From NCBI GenBank assembly GCA_002269645.1, contig NIVC01001960.1:62001-126000 (forward strand): DNA of 64,000 nucleotides, in the 5' to 3' direction. The DNA is from Macrostomum lignano (Eukaryota). Position numbers and translations under genes: made by a program. Shown here piece after piece: positions 12,040 through 26,050 of the stretch. The number at the start of each line of letters is the position of its first letter. Positions within the stretch are counted from its first letter, which is position 1. The notes beneath the pieces were generated by a model. It ran no database searches, was not told where the DNA came from, and saw only the letters and a list, made by a program, of their open reading frames with translations.

Positions 12040-13480
12040 CTCAAGGTCACTATGACCCTAAATCTCAAGGCTATTAGAGCCAAAAGACTCAGGATAATTT
12101 TGGCCCCGAAACTCAAGGTCATTTTGGCCCCAACAATCAAGGTCAGTTTGGCCCCGAAACTCAAGGTCAGTTTGGCCCCATAAATCAAGGTGATTTTGGC
12201 CCCAACACTCAAGGTCAGTTTGGCCCCATAAATCAAGGTCATTTTGGCCCCAATACTCAAGGTCAGTTTGGCCCCGAAACTCAAGGTCAGTTTGGCCCCA
12301 ATTATCATGGTCATTTTGGCCCCAACACTCAAGGTCAGTTTGGCCCCATAAATCAAGGTCATTTTGGCCCCAATACTCAAGGTCAGTTTGGCCCCGAAAC
12401 TCAAGGTCAGTTTGGCCCCAATTATCATGGTCATTTTGGCCCCATAAATCAATAAGGTCATTTGGAACCAAAACTCAAGGTCTTTTTGCCCATAAAACTC
12501 ATGGAATGGCCCCAAAACTCAAGGCCATTTTGGCCCCAAAACTCAAAGTCATTTTGGCCCCAACACTCAAGGTCAGTTTGGCCCCATAAATCAAGGTCAT
12601 TTTGGCCCCAATACTCAAGGTCAGTTTGGCCCGAAACTCAAGGTCAGTTTGGCCCCAATTATCATGGTCATTTTGGCCCCAACACTCAAGGTCAGTTTGG
12701 CCCCGAAACTCAAGGTCAGTTTGGCCCCAATTATCATGGTCATTTTGGCCCCAACACTCAAGGTCAGTTTGGCCCCATAAATCAAGGTCATTTTGGCCCC
12801 AATACTCAAGGTCAGTTTGGCCCCGAAACTCAAGGTCAGTTTGGCCCCAATTATCATGGTCATTTTGGCCCCATAAATCAATAAGGTCATTTGGAACCAA
12901 AACTCAAGGTCTTTTGCCCATAAAACTCATGGAATGGCCCCAAAACTCAAGGCCATTTTGGCCCCAAAACTCAAAGTCATTTTGGCCCCAACACTCAAGG
13001 TCAGTTTGGCCCCATAAATCAAGGTCATTTTGGCCCCAATACTCAAGGTCAGTTTGGCCCCGAAACTCAAGGTCAGTTTGGCCCCAATTATCATGGTCAT
13101 TTTGGCCCCAACACTCAAGGTCAGTTTGGCCCCATAAATCAAGGTCATTTTGGCCCCAATACTCAAGGTCAGTTTGGCCCCGAAACTCAAGGTCAGTTTG
13201 GCCCCGAAACTCAAGGTCAGTTTGGCCCCAATTATCATGGTCATTTTGGCCCCATAAATCAATAAGGTCATTTGGAACCAAAACTCAAGGTCTTTTTGCC
13301 CATAAAACTCATGGAATGGCCCCAAAACTCAAGGCCATTTTGGCCCCAAAACTCAAAGTCATTTTGGCCCAATACTTAAGGTCATTTTGGCCCAAAAATT
13401 CAAGGTGATTTTGGAATCAAAACTCAAGGTCATTGTGGCCAAAAAACTCAAGGTCACTATGACACTAAAACTCAAGTTTA
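12040..13480. repeat. 24-bp minisatellite with higher-order repeat of about 400 bp, in the GPCR intron
   Basis: Unit tttggccccgaaactcaaggtcag. The marker ttttgcccataaaactcatggaatggcc recurs near 12484, 12912 and 13294. Confidence 0.95.
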
Positions 13481-13564
13481 TTAGGGCTTTTTCATGGCTT
13501 AGGTCAGTAATCCTTTAGCTTAAGGTCAATATGGTCCAAACCTGGAGGTTACAACAGTATTCAC

Positions 13565-13889
13565 CTTCAATGAAACTGACTAATCGACAGGCAGTGCCGC
13601 CTAGTTTCCAGGTGTTATAAAAAACTTTCACGGCTGACACTGGCAGGCAGGTGCAGGCAACGAGCAGGTTTGAGCAAGCAAGACTCATCATGATGTAGGA
13701 GGTGTGGCGTCGAAGGCCGCTATACTTGAAGCTCAGAAACAGGAACAAGCCGTTGCCGCCGACCGACAACAGGACGATGGCCGAGTACAGAGCTAGTAGA
13801 AAAATATCCGAGCTGCTGAGCTGCCGCGGGCCGAACAGCTTCTGGTGCAGCAGCTGCATCAGCTGGTGCTGGCTGAGGTTGCCATCAGG
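13565..13889 (-). CDS. Class A peptide-type GPCR, exon 2 (N-terminus, TM1, TM2, start of TM3)
   Basis: Acceptor ccccgccag|CCT and donor GAA G|gtgaat. Translation PDGNLS..IFLLALYSAIVLLSVGGNGL..SLACSNLLVACTCLP..WKLGGTACRLVSFIE. The phase 1 end joins exon 3. Confidence 0.9.
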
Positions 13890-13919
13890 CTGGCGGGGAC
13901 CGGAGGAAGAGGGGTGGAA

Positions 13920-15640
13920 TGTCTGAGAATGAGTAGATTAATGTCTGAGAATGAGTAGATTGATATGTCTGAGAATGAGTAGATTAATGACTGAGAATGA
14001 GTAGATTGATTTCCGAGAATGAGTAGATTGATGTCTGAGAATGAGTAGATTGATGCCTGAGAATGAGTAGATTGATATGTCTGAGAATGAGTAGATTGAT
14101 GTCTAAGAATGAGTGGATTGATGCCTGAGAATGAGTAGATTGATGTCTGAGAATGAGTAGATTGATGTCTGAGAATGAGTAGATTGATGTCTGAGACTGA
14201 GTGGATTGATGCCTGAAAATGAGTAGATTGATACCTGAGAATGAGTAGATTGATGTCTGAGAATGAGTAGATTGATGCCTGCGAATGAGTAGATTGATGC
14301 CTGAGAATGAGTAGATTGATATGTCTGAGAATGAGTAGATTAATGACTGAGAATGAGTAGATTGATTTCCGAGAATGAGTAGATTGATGTCTGAGAATGA
14401 GTAGATTGATGTCTGAGAATGAGTAGATTGATGCCTGCGAATGAGTAGATTGATGCCTGAGAATGAGTAGATTGATATGTCTGAGAATGAGTAGATTAAT
14501 GACTGAGAATGAGTAGATTGATTTCCGAGAATGAGTAGATTGATGTCTGAGACTGAGTAGATTGATGCCTGAGAATGAGTAGATTGATGCCCGAGAATGA
14601 GTAGATTGGTATGTCTGAGAATGAGTAGATTGATGCCTGAGAATGAGTAGATTGATATGTCTGAGAATGAGCAGATTGATGCCTGAGAATGAGTAGATTG
14701 ATGCCCGAGAATGAGTAGATTGATGCCTGAGAATGAGTAGATTGATATGTCTGAGAATGAGTAGATTGATGCCTGAGAATGAGTAGATTGATGTCTGAGA
14801 ATGAGTAGATTGATTTCCGAGAATGAGTAGATTGATGTCAGAGACTGAGTAGATTGATGCCCGAGAATGAGTAGATAGATGCCTGAGAATGAGTAGATTG
14901 ATGCCTGAGAATGAGTAGATTGATGTCTGAGAATGAGTAGATTGATGTCTGAGAATGAGTAGATTGATGTCTGAGACTGAGTGGATTGATGCCTGAGAAT
15001 GAGTAGATTGATACCTGAGAATGAGTAGATTGATGTCTGAGAATGAGTAGATTGATGCCTGCGAATGAGTAGATTGATGCCTGAGAATGAGTAGATAGAT
15101 GCCTGAGAATGAGCAGATTGATGCCTGAGAATGAGTGGATTGATATGTCTGAGAATGAGCAGATTGATGCCTGAGAATGAGTAGATTGATTCCTGAGAAT
15201 GAGTAGATTGATATGTCTGAGAATGAGCAGATTGATGCCTGAGAATGAGTAGATTGATATGTCTGAGAATGAGCAGATTGATGCCTGAGAATGAGTGGAT
15301 TGATGTCTGAGAATGAGTAGATTGATGCCTGAGAATGAGTGGATTGATGTCTGAGAATGAGTAGATTGATGTCTGAGAATGAGTAGATTGATGCCTGAGA
15401 ATGAGTGGATTGATGCCTGAGAATGAGTAGATTGATGTCTGAGAATGAGTAGATTGATGTATGAGAATGAGTAGATTTATGTCTGAGAATGAGTAGATTG
15501 ATGCCTGAGAATGAGTAGATCGATGCCTGAGAATGAGCAAATTGATGCCTGAGAATGAGTAGATTGATGTCTGAGAATGAGTAGATTGATGTCTGAGAAT
15601 GAGTAGATTGTTGCCTGAGAATGAGTGGATTGATGGCTGA
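13920..15640. repeat. 22-24-bp minisatellite in GPCR intron 1
   Basis: Unit gagaatgagtagattgatgtct. It is the source of the 600-aa and 518-aa ORFs. Confidence 0.95.
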
Positions 15641-15757
15641 CATTGAGTAGAATGGTGACATAATGATTATATATAAGAATGGCTTGAGTAATTAGCTGGA
15701 TGCCAAAAGTAGAGTACTCAATACAAATACAAATTTAAATGAAGCAATGCAGCCTAC

Positions 15758-15790
15758 CTTCACTGTGTTGATTAGGCTTTTGACTGACAT
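15758..15790 (-). CDS. Probable GPCR exon 1 (MSVKSLINTVK)
   Basis: ATG at 15790 and a strong donor AAG|gtaggc. Phase 0 matches the 13889 acceptor. CCAAT-like motifs lie upstream at about 15885-15912. There is no homology support. Confidence 0.55.
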
Positions 15791-16202
15791 TAGAAAATCA
15801 ATTTTAAAGTCGTCCACACACACACGCTGTCTTATTCAGTGCTTTGGAGTGATCTTAAATCTTCAGGTAACTTCACGGAAGATTGCTGATTGGCCAGAGT
15901 AAGTGGCCAATAATATTAGAGTGATTTTCGACAAAAATGGACTCAGACTGCTTTAAACTCAACTGGAATTTTCCTGTAAAGCAGTGTGGAAAGTAAAAAG
16001 ATGCACGGACACGTAAAGATAAGCCTGTTGCGGACACAGAGGCATCGAATTATGAGCAGTCAAAGGAAACGTAATTGGACCAATTACCAAAAACTGTGTA
16101 GCAGATTATCCTTAGACATCTGCGCTTGCTAGAAACTTGTGACCATAATTTGACCGGTTTCTCCTCACACTTCAAAATCTGAGTGTCCAGGGCCCGAAAC
16201 AC

Positions 16203-19200
16203 TTACTAATTGCCATGAGACAGCTAATTCTCATCATGACTAAGCTATGAGACAGCTAATTCTCATCATGACTAAGCTATGAGACAGCTAATTCTCATCA
16301 TTACTAATTGCTATGAGACAGCTAATTCTCATCATTACTAATTGCCATGAGACAGCTAATTCTCATCATTACTAAGCTATGAGACAGCTAATTCTCATCA
16401 TTACTAAGCTATGAGACAGCTAAGCCTCATCATTACTAAGCTATGAGACAGCTAATTCTCATCATTACTAAGCTATGAGACAGCTAATTCTCATCATTAC
16501 TAAGCTATGAGACAGCTAATTCTCATCATTACTAAGCTATGAGACAGCTAATTCTCATCATTACTAATTGCCATGAGACAGCTAATTCTCATCATTACTA
16601 AGCTATGAGACAGCTAATTCTCATCATTACTAAGCTATGAGACAGCTAATTCTCATCATTACTAAGCTATGAGACAGCCAAGCCTCATCATTACTAAGCT
16701 ATGAGACAGCCAAGCCTCATCATTACTAAGCTATGAGACAGCTAATTCTCATCATTACTAAGCTATGAGACAGCTAATTCTCATCATTACTAATTGCTAT
16801 GAGACAGCCAAGCCTCATCATTTCTAAGCTATGAGACAGCCAAGCCTCATCATTACTAAGCTATGAGACAGCTAATTCTCATCATTACTAAGCTATGAGA
16901 CAGCTAATTCTCATCATTACTAAGCTATGAGACAGCTAATTCTCATCATTACTAAGCTATGAGACAGCTAATTCTCATCATTACTAAGCTATGAGACAGC
17001 TAATTCTCATCATTACTAAGCTATGAGACAGCTAAGCCTCATCATTACTAAGCTATGAGACAGCTAATTCTCATCATTACTAATTGCTATGAGACAGCTA
17101 ATTCTCATCATTACTAATTGCTATGAGACAGCTAATTCTCATCATTACTAATTGCTATGAGACAGCTAATTCTCATCATTACTAATTGCCATGAGACAGC
17201 TAATTCTCATCATTACTAAGCTATGAGACAGCTAATTCTCATCATTACTAATTGCCATGAGACAGCTAATTCTCATCATTACTAAGCTATGAGACAGCTA
17301 ATTCTCATCATTACTAAGCTATGAGACAGCTAAGCCTCATCATTACTAAGCTATGAGACAGCTAATTCTCATCATTACTAAGCTATGAGACAGCTAATTC
17401 TCATCATTACTAAGCTATGAGACAGCTAATTCTCATCATTACTAAGCTATGAGACAGCTAATTCTCATCATTACTAAGCTATGAGACAGATAAGCCTCAT
17501 CATTACTAATTGCCATGAGACAGCTAATTCTCATCATTACTAATTGCCATGAGACAGCTAATTCTCATCATTACTAAGCTATGAGACAGCTAATTCTCAT
17601 CATTACTAAGCTATGAGACAGCTAATTCTCATCATTACTAAGCTATGAGACAGCCAAGCCTCATCATTACTAAGCTATGAGACAGCCAAGCCTCATCATT
17701 ACTAAGCTATGAGACAGCTAATTCTCATCATTACTAAGCTATGAGACAGCTAATTCTCATCATTACTAAGCTATGAGACAGCCAAGCCTCATCATTACTA
17801 AGCTATGAGACAGCCAAGCCTCATCATTACTAAGCTATGAGACAGCCAAGCCTCATCATTACTAAGCTATGAGACAGCTAATTCTCATCATTACTAAGCT
17901 ATGAGACAGCTAATTCTCATCATTACTAAGCTATGAGACAGCTAATTCTCATCATTACTAAGCTATGAGACAGCTAATTCTCATCATTACTAAGCTATGA
18001 GACAGCTAATTCTCATCATTACTAAGCTATGAGACAGCTAATTCTCATCATTACTAAGCTATGAGACAGCTAATTCTCATCATTACTAAGCTATGAGACA
18101 GCTAATTCTCATCATTACTAAGCTATGAGACAGCTAATTCTCATCATTACTAAGCTATGAGACAGCTAATTCTCATCATTACTAAGCTATGAGACAGCTA
18201 ATTCTCATCATTACTAATTGCCATGAGACAGCTAATTCTCATCATTACTAAGCTATGAGACAGCTAATTCTCATCATTACTAATTGCTATGAGACAGCTA
18301 ATTCTCATCATTACTAATTGCTATGAGACAGCTAATTCTCATCATTACTAATTGCTATGAGACAGCTAATTCTCATCATTACTAATTGCTATGAGACAGC
18401 TAATTCTCATCATTACTAATTGCTATGAGACAGCTAATTCTCATCATTACTAATTGCTATGAGACAGCTAATTCTCATCATTACTAATTGCTATGAGACA
18501 GCTAATTCTCATCATTACTAATTGCTATGAGACAGCTAATTCTCATCATTACTAATTGCTATGAGACAGCTAATTCTCATCATTACTAATTGCTATGAGA
18601 CAGCTAATTCTCATCATTACTAATTGCTATGAGACAGCTAATTCTCATCATTACTAATTGCTATGAGACAGCTAATTCTCATCATTACTAATTGCTATGA
18701 GACAGCTAATTCTCATCATTACTAATTGCTATGAGACAGCTAATTCTCATCATTACTAATTGCTATGAGACAGCTAATTCTCATCATTACTAATTGCTAT
18801 GAGACAGCTAATTCTCATCATTACTAATTGCTATGAGACAGCTAATTCTCATCATTACTAATTGCTATGAGACAGCTAATTCTCATCATTACTAATTGCT
18901 ATGAGACAGCTAATTCTCATCATTACTAATTGCTATGAGACAGCTAATTCTCATCATTACTAATTGCTATGAGACAGCTAATTCTCATCATTACTAATTG
19001 CTATGAGACAGCTAATTCTCATCATTACTAATTGCTATGAGACAGCTAATTCTCATCATTACTAATTGCTATGAGACAGCTAATTCTCATCATTACTAAT
19101 TGCTATGAGACAGCTAATTCTCATCATTACTAATTGCTATGAGACAGCTAATTCTCATCATTACTAATTGCTATGAGACAGCTAATTCTCATCATTACTA

Positions 19201-22200
19201 ATTGCTATGAGACAGCTAATTCTCATCATTACTAATTGCTATGAGACAGCTAATTCTCATCATTACTAATTGCTATGAGACAGCTAATTCTCATCATTAC
19301 TAATTGCTATGAGACAGCTAATTCTCATCATTACTAATTGCTATGAGACAGCTAATTCTCATCATTACTAATTGCTATGAGACAGCTAATTCTCATCATT
19401 ACTAATTGCTATGAGACAGCTAATTCTCATCATTACTAATTGCTATGAGACAGCTAATTCTCATCATTACTAATTGCTATGAGACAGCTAATTCTCATCA
19501 TTACTAATTGCTATGAGACAGCTAATTCTCATCATTACTAATTGCTATGAGACAGCTAATTCTCATCATTACTAATTGCTATGAGACAGCTAATTCTCAT
19601 CATTACTAAGCTATGAGACAGCTAATTCTCATCATTACTAAGCTATGAGACAGCTAAGCCTCATCATTACTAAGCTATGAGACAGCTAAGCCTCATCATT
19701 ACTAAGCTATGAGACAGCTAATTCTCATCATTACTAAGCTATGAGACAGCTAATTCTCATCATTACTAAGCTATGAGACAGCTAATTCTCATCATTACTA
19801 AGCTATGAGACAGATAAGCCTCATTCATTACTAAGCTATGAGACAGCTAATTCTCATCATTACTAAGCTATGAGACAGCTAATTCTCATCATTACTAAGC
19901 TATGAGACAGCTAATTCTCATCATTACTAAGCTATGAGACAGATAAGCCTCATTCATTACTAAGCTATGAGACAGCTAATTCTCATCATTACTAAGCTAT
20001 GAGACAGCTAATTCTCATCATTACTAAGCTATGAGACAGCTAATTCTCATCATCACTAAGCTATGAGACAGCCAAGCCTCATCATCACTAAGCTATGAGA
20101 CAGATAAGCCTCATCATTACTAAGCTATGAGACAGATAAGCCTCATCATTACTAAGCTATGAGACAGCTAATTCTCATCATTACTAAGCTATGAGACAGC
20201 TAATTCTCATCATTACTAAGCTATGAGACAGCTAATTCTCATCATTACTAAGCTATGAGACAGCTAATTCTCATCATTACTAAGCTATGAGACAGCTAAT
20301 TCTCATCATTACTAAGCTATGAGACAGATAAGCCTCATTCATTACTAAGCTATGAGACAGCTAATTCTCATCATTACTAAGCTATGAGACAGCCAAGCCT
20401 CATCATCACTAAGCTATGAGACAGCCAAGCCTCATCATTACTAAGCTATGAGACAGATAAGCCTCATCATTACTAAGCTATGAGACAGATAAGCCTCATC
20501 ATTACTAAGCTATGAGACAGCTAATTCTCATCATTACTAAGCTATGAGACAGCTAATTCTCATCATCACTAAGCTATGAGACAGCCAAGCCTCATCATCA
20601 CTAAGCTATGAGACAGCCAAGCCTCATCATTACTAAGCTATGAGACAGATAAGCCTCATCATTACTAAGCTATGAGACAGCTAAGCCTCATCATTACTAA
20701 GCTATGAGACAGCTAATTCTCATCATTACTAAGCTATGAGACAGCTAATTCTCATCATTACTAAGCTATGAGACAGCTAATTCTCATCATTACTAAGCTA
20801 TGAGACAGCTAATTCTCATCATTACTAAGCTATGAGACAGCTAATTCTCATCATTACTAAGCTATGAGACAGCTAATTCTCATCATTACTAAGCTATGAG
20901 ACAGCTAATTCTCATCATTACTAATTGCTATGAGACAGCTAATTCTCATCATTACTAAGCTATGAGACAGCTAATTCTCATCATTACTAAGCTATGAGAC
21001 AGCTAATTCTCATCATTACTAAGCTATGAGACAGCTAATTCTCATCATTACTAAGCTATGAGACAGCTAAGCCTCATCATTACTAAGCTATGAGACAGCT
21101 AAGCCTCATCATTACTAAGCTATGAGACAGCTAATTCTCATCATTACTAAGCTATGAGACAGCTAATTCTCATCATTACTAAGCTATGAGACAGCTAATT
21201 CTCATCATTACTAATTGCTATGAGACAGCTAATTCTCATCATTACTAATTGCTATGAGACAGCTAATTCTCATCATTACTAATTGCTATGAGACAGCTAA
21301 TTCTCATCATTACTAATTGCTATGAGACAGCTAATTCTCATCATTACTAATTGCTATGAGACAGCTAATTCTCATCATTACTAATTGCTATGAGACAGCT
21401 AATTCTCATCATTACTAATTGCTATGAGACAGCTAATTCTCATCATTACTAATTGCTATGAGACAGCTAATTCTCATCATTACTAATTGCTATGAGACAG
21501 CTAATTCTCATCATTACTAATTGCTATGAGACAGCTAATTCTCATCATTACTAATTGCTATGAGACAGCTAATTCTCATCATTACTAATTGCTATGAGAC
21601 AGCTAATTCTCATCATTACTAATTGCTATGAGACAGCTAATTCTCATCATTACTAATTGCTATGAGACAGCTAATTCTCATCATTACTAATTGCTATGAG
21701 ACAGCTAATTCTCATCATTACTAATTGCTATGAGACAGCTAATTCTCATCATTACTAATTGCTATGAGACAGCTAATTCTCATCATTACTAATTGCTATG
21801 AGACAGCTAATTCTCATCATTACTAATTGCTATGAGACAGCTAATTCTCATCATTACTAATTGCTATGAGACAGCTAATTCTCATCATTACTAATTGCTA
21901 TGAGACAGCTAATTCTCATCATTACTAATTGCTATGAGACAGCTAATTCTCATCATTACTAATTGCTATGAGACAGCTAATTCTCATCATTACTAATTGC
22001 TATGAGACAGCTAATTCTCATCATTACTAATTGCTATGAGACAGCTAATTCTCATCATTACTAATTGCTATGAGACAGCTAATTCTCATCATTACTAATT
22101 GCTATGAGACAGCTAATTCTCATCATTACTAATTGCTATGAGACAGCTAATTCTCATCATTACTAATTGCTATGAGACAGCTAATTCTCATCATTACTAA

Positions 22201-24573
22201 TTGCTATGAGACAGCTAATTCTCATCATTACTAATTGCTATGAGACAGCTAATTCTCATCATTACTAATTGCTATGAGACAGCTAATTCTCATCATTACT
22301 AATTGCTATGAGACAGCTAATTCTCATCATTACTAATTGCTATGAGACAGCTAATTCTCATCATTACTAATTGCTATGAGACAGCTAATTCTCATCATTA
22401 CTAAGCTATGAGACAGCTAATTCTCATCATTACTAAGCTATGAGACAGCTAATTCTCATCATTACTAATTGCTATGAGACAGCTAATTCTCATCATTACT
22501 AAGCTATGAGACAGCTAATTCTCATCATTACTAAGCTATGAGACAGCTAATTCTCATCATTACTAAGCTATGAGACAGCTAATTCTCATCATTACTAAGC
22601 TATGAGACAGCTAATTCTCATCATTACTAAGCTATGAGACAGATAAGCCTCATTCATTACTAAGCTATGAGACAGCTAATTCTCATCATTACTAAGCTAT
22701 GAGACAGCTAATTCTCATCATTACTAAGCTATGAGACAGCTAATTCTCATCATTACTAAGCTATGAGACAGCTAAGCCTCATCATTACTAAGCTATGAGA
22801 CAGCTAATTCTCATCATTACTAAGCTATGAGACAGCTAATTCTCATCATTACTAAGCTATGAGACAGCTAATTCTCATCATCACTAAGCTATGAGACAGC
22901 CAAGCCTCATCATCACTAAGCTATGAGACAGCCAAGCCTCATCATTACTAAGCTATGAGACAGATAAGCCTCATCATTACTAAGCTATGAGACAGCTAAT
23001 TCTCATCATTACTAAGCTATGAGACAGCTAATTCTCATCATTACTAAGCTATGAGACAGCTAATTCTCATCATTACTAAGCTATGAGACAGCTAATTCTC
23101 ATCATTACTAAGCTATGAGACAGCTAATTCTCATCATTACTAAGCTATGAGACAGATAAGCCTCATCATTACTAAGCTATGAGACAGCTAATTCTCATCA
23201 TTACTAAGCTATGAGATAGCCAAGCCTCATCATCACTAAGCTATGAGACAGCCAAGCCTCATCATTACTAAGCTATGAGACAGATAAGCCTCATCATTAC
23301 TAAGCTATGAGACAGATAAGCCTCATCATTACTAAGCTATGAGACAGCTAATTCTCATCATTACTAAGCTATGAGACAGCTAATTCTCATCATCACTAAG
23401 CTATGAGACAGCCAAGCCTCATCATCACTAAGCTATGAGACAGCCAAGCCTCATCATTACTAAGCTATGAGACAGATAAGCCTCATCATTACTAAGCTAT
23501 GAGACAGCTAAGCCTCATCATTACTAAGCTATGAGACAGCTAATTCTCATCATTACTAAGCTATGAGACAGCTAATTCTCATCATTACTAAGCTATGAGA
23601 CAGCTAATTCTCATCATTACTAAGCTATGATACAGCTAATTCTCATCATTACTAAGCTATGAGACAGCTAATTCTCATCATTACTAAGCTATGATACAGC
23701 TAATTCTCATCATTACTAAGCTATGAGACAGCTAAGCCTCATCATTACTAAGCTATGAGACAGCCAAGCCTCATCATCACTAAGCTATGAGACAGCCAAG
23801 CCTCATCATTACTAAGCTATGAGACAGCTAATTCTCATCATTACTAAGCTATGAGACAGCTAAGCCTCATCATTACTAAGCTATGAGACAGCTAAGCCTC
23901 ATCATTACTAAGCTATGAGACAGCTAATTCTCATCATTACTAAGCTATGAGACAGCTAAGCCTCATCATTACTAAGCTATGAGACAGCTACGTCTCATCA
24001 TTACTAAGCTATGAGACAGCTAATTCTCATCATTACTAAGCTATGAGACAGCTAAGCCTCATCATTACTAAGCTATGAGACAGCTAAGCCTCATCATTAC
24101 TAAGCTATGAGACAGCTAAGCCTCATCATTATCATCATTAATAAGCTATGAGACAGCTCAGCCTCATCATTATCTTCATTACTAAGCTATGAGACAGCTA
24201 AGCCTCATCATTACTAAGCTATGAGACAGCTAAGCCTCATCATTACTAAGCTATGAGACAGCCAAGCCTCATCATTACTAAGCTATGAGACAGCTAAGCC
24301 TCATCATTACTAAGCTATGAGACAGCTCAGCCTCATCATTATCTTCATTACTAAGCTATGAGACAGCTAAGCCTCATCATTACTAAGCTATGAGACAGCT
24401 AAGCCTCATCATTACTAAGCTATGAGACAGCTACGTCTCATCATTACTAAGCTATGAGACAGCTAATTCTCATCATGACTAAGCTATGAGACAGCTAATT
24501 CTCATCATGACTAAGCTCATCATTACTAAGCTATGAGACAGCTAATTCTCATCATTACTAAGCTATGAGACAG
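16203..24573. repeat. 8.4-kb satellite array of 32-bp and 34-bp unit variants
   Basis: Units gagacagctaattctcatcattactaagctat (32 bp) and gagacagctaattctcatcattactaattgctat (34 bp). Homogeneous 34-mer blocks lie at about 18290-19610 and 21210-22400. Confidence 0.98.
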
Positions 24574-25569
24574 GAATAAGCCTAAAGATAGGAATAAGAG
24601 TGCAGGTAACAGTCCCAGCTCAGCTCATCTTGACGGGATTAATAGAGCAGAGCCGAAAGTCTGCCTGGGGCTGAAATAAGAGATTTCACATTTCATTTCT
24701 TATTTGGCAGCTGCTCAGTGATTTGATCAAGTCGCGTCCAGGATCGTGGGTCTGTTCCTAGCTGATAGCAAATGCCGTTCACTTTTACTCTTTCTGATTG
24801 AAAATTTATTGCAAAACAATCACCTGTCGCACTTTCAAGCACACAGATTGCGTACTTTTTATACACAGTGTGTCAAAGTGAACCATGATTTCAATAGCAT
24901 CGGCGCCAGCGACAGGGGCCAATGAAAGTTACCGCTGCACCTGCAGGTTGAAGGTTGAATTTCAGTTAAAATATGTTGAATTGAATTACGAGTAGTTTAT
25001 AAAAACATCGTCTGGAAGCTGGTAAAGTGAAAGTACTGAATGCTCTTTATAGAACTTTTGTCGAATGCATGGCATCAAAATTTGAGTTTTACCGCAGACA
25101 TGAAAAATCTATCTTGAAAAAAGACAGTCTCCAGGCGTTTCAGTGCGTTTGACAAGTCTCCAGTAGCATTTCTCTTGATTTTTTAGTCGCTAAACTGATG
25201 AAGCCACCTTGGACCAGACTCATACATGTACTGTATGCGCTAGCTTCATGTGATCGCCGTAATAGCATTTCAGAAGGGTAATAGCATAAAAATCGTCCAT
25301 TAAGTGCTTTAAAATGTAGGTTTTCTCTCTCGTTATTGTATTTGTAAGCAACGCGAATGCTACGTCCTTACGCACCCAGGACGTCTAGCGATCCTTGGAC
25401 ATTGACAGTTGAAATTGATGGCCTATTGCAGCTAAAACGCTCTCAGTACTACTTAGAAGACTGAGTACTGCAAGGCAACTTGTTATTACGCCGGCTGTCC
25501 GGAAAGTCGTGAGAATGTATCTTAAAAAAGCAGTCAGAACTGTCGGAAAATACAGTAACAGTACTAGTT

Positions 25570-26050
25570 GGTAATATGATCTCCCGCCCCTTGTGTTGAT
25601 TACAGCTTGGCAATGGTCAACGAGTCGCTGAACCTCTCTTTTCAAGCAATCTTCGTCAAGGCCCTCTTGCCCACTGCAACGCAGCTTCTCGAACTTCCTT
25701 GTGGTCGCTGAATGTGGTCGATGATCCCCTTGGCTAAGCCAGCACCTGTTTTTTACTTTGTGCCAGTGTCGTTCAGGTGCACCCATGTCTCATCTTCCAC
25801 CTCTTACTTGTCAAAAAAGTTTTTTCCATGCCCTCGTTGTAAAAAAGCCTGCGAACTTTTTCTCCTCGGAGAGAGCGTGCGGAACCCAGACAGCAGAAAC
25901 TTTTTGAAGGTGCAAATTCTCCGTCAAAATTTTGTGCACTGTTGTTCTTCTAAATTCCAAAAATTCAACGAGGTCCCTGATATAAACCTTTGAATCCTCT
26001 TCAACAAGAGCTCCGAGGAGCTGAGGCCAGGGGAACTGCTTCATCACGGA
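25570..26050 (-). mobile_element. Internally deleted, degenerate mariner transposase remnant
   Basis: LVEEDSKVYIRDL..TTVHKILTENLHLQKVSAVWVPHAL (HTH and WVPHxL motif), then DETWVH and a C-terminal QRLVDHCQAVINTRG. Stops and frameshifts are present. Confidence 0.85.

Noticed and set aside
3133-15661. Long ORFs of 200-600 aa (3133-4128, 9301-11539, 11979-13408, 13859-15661)
   Set aside because: They coincide with tandem repeats, are open in several frames or strands, lie mostly in introns, and have no splice or domain support.
16203-24573. CRISPR-like array of regularly spaced 32-34-bp repeats
   Set aside because: The units are contiguous with no unique spacers, there are no cas genes, and the context is eukaryotic. 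It is a satellite.
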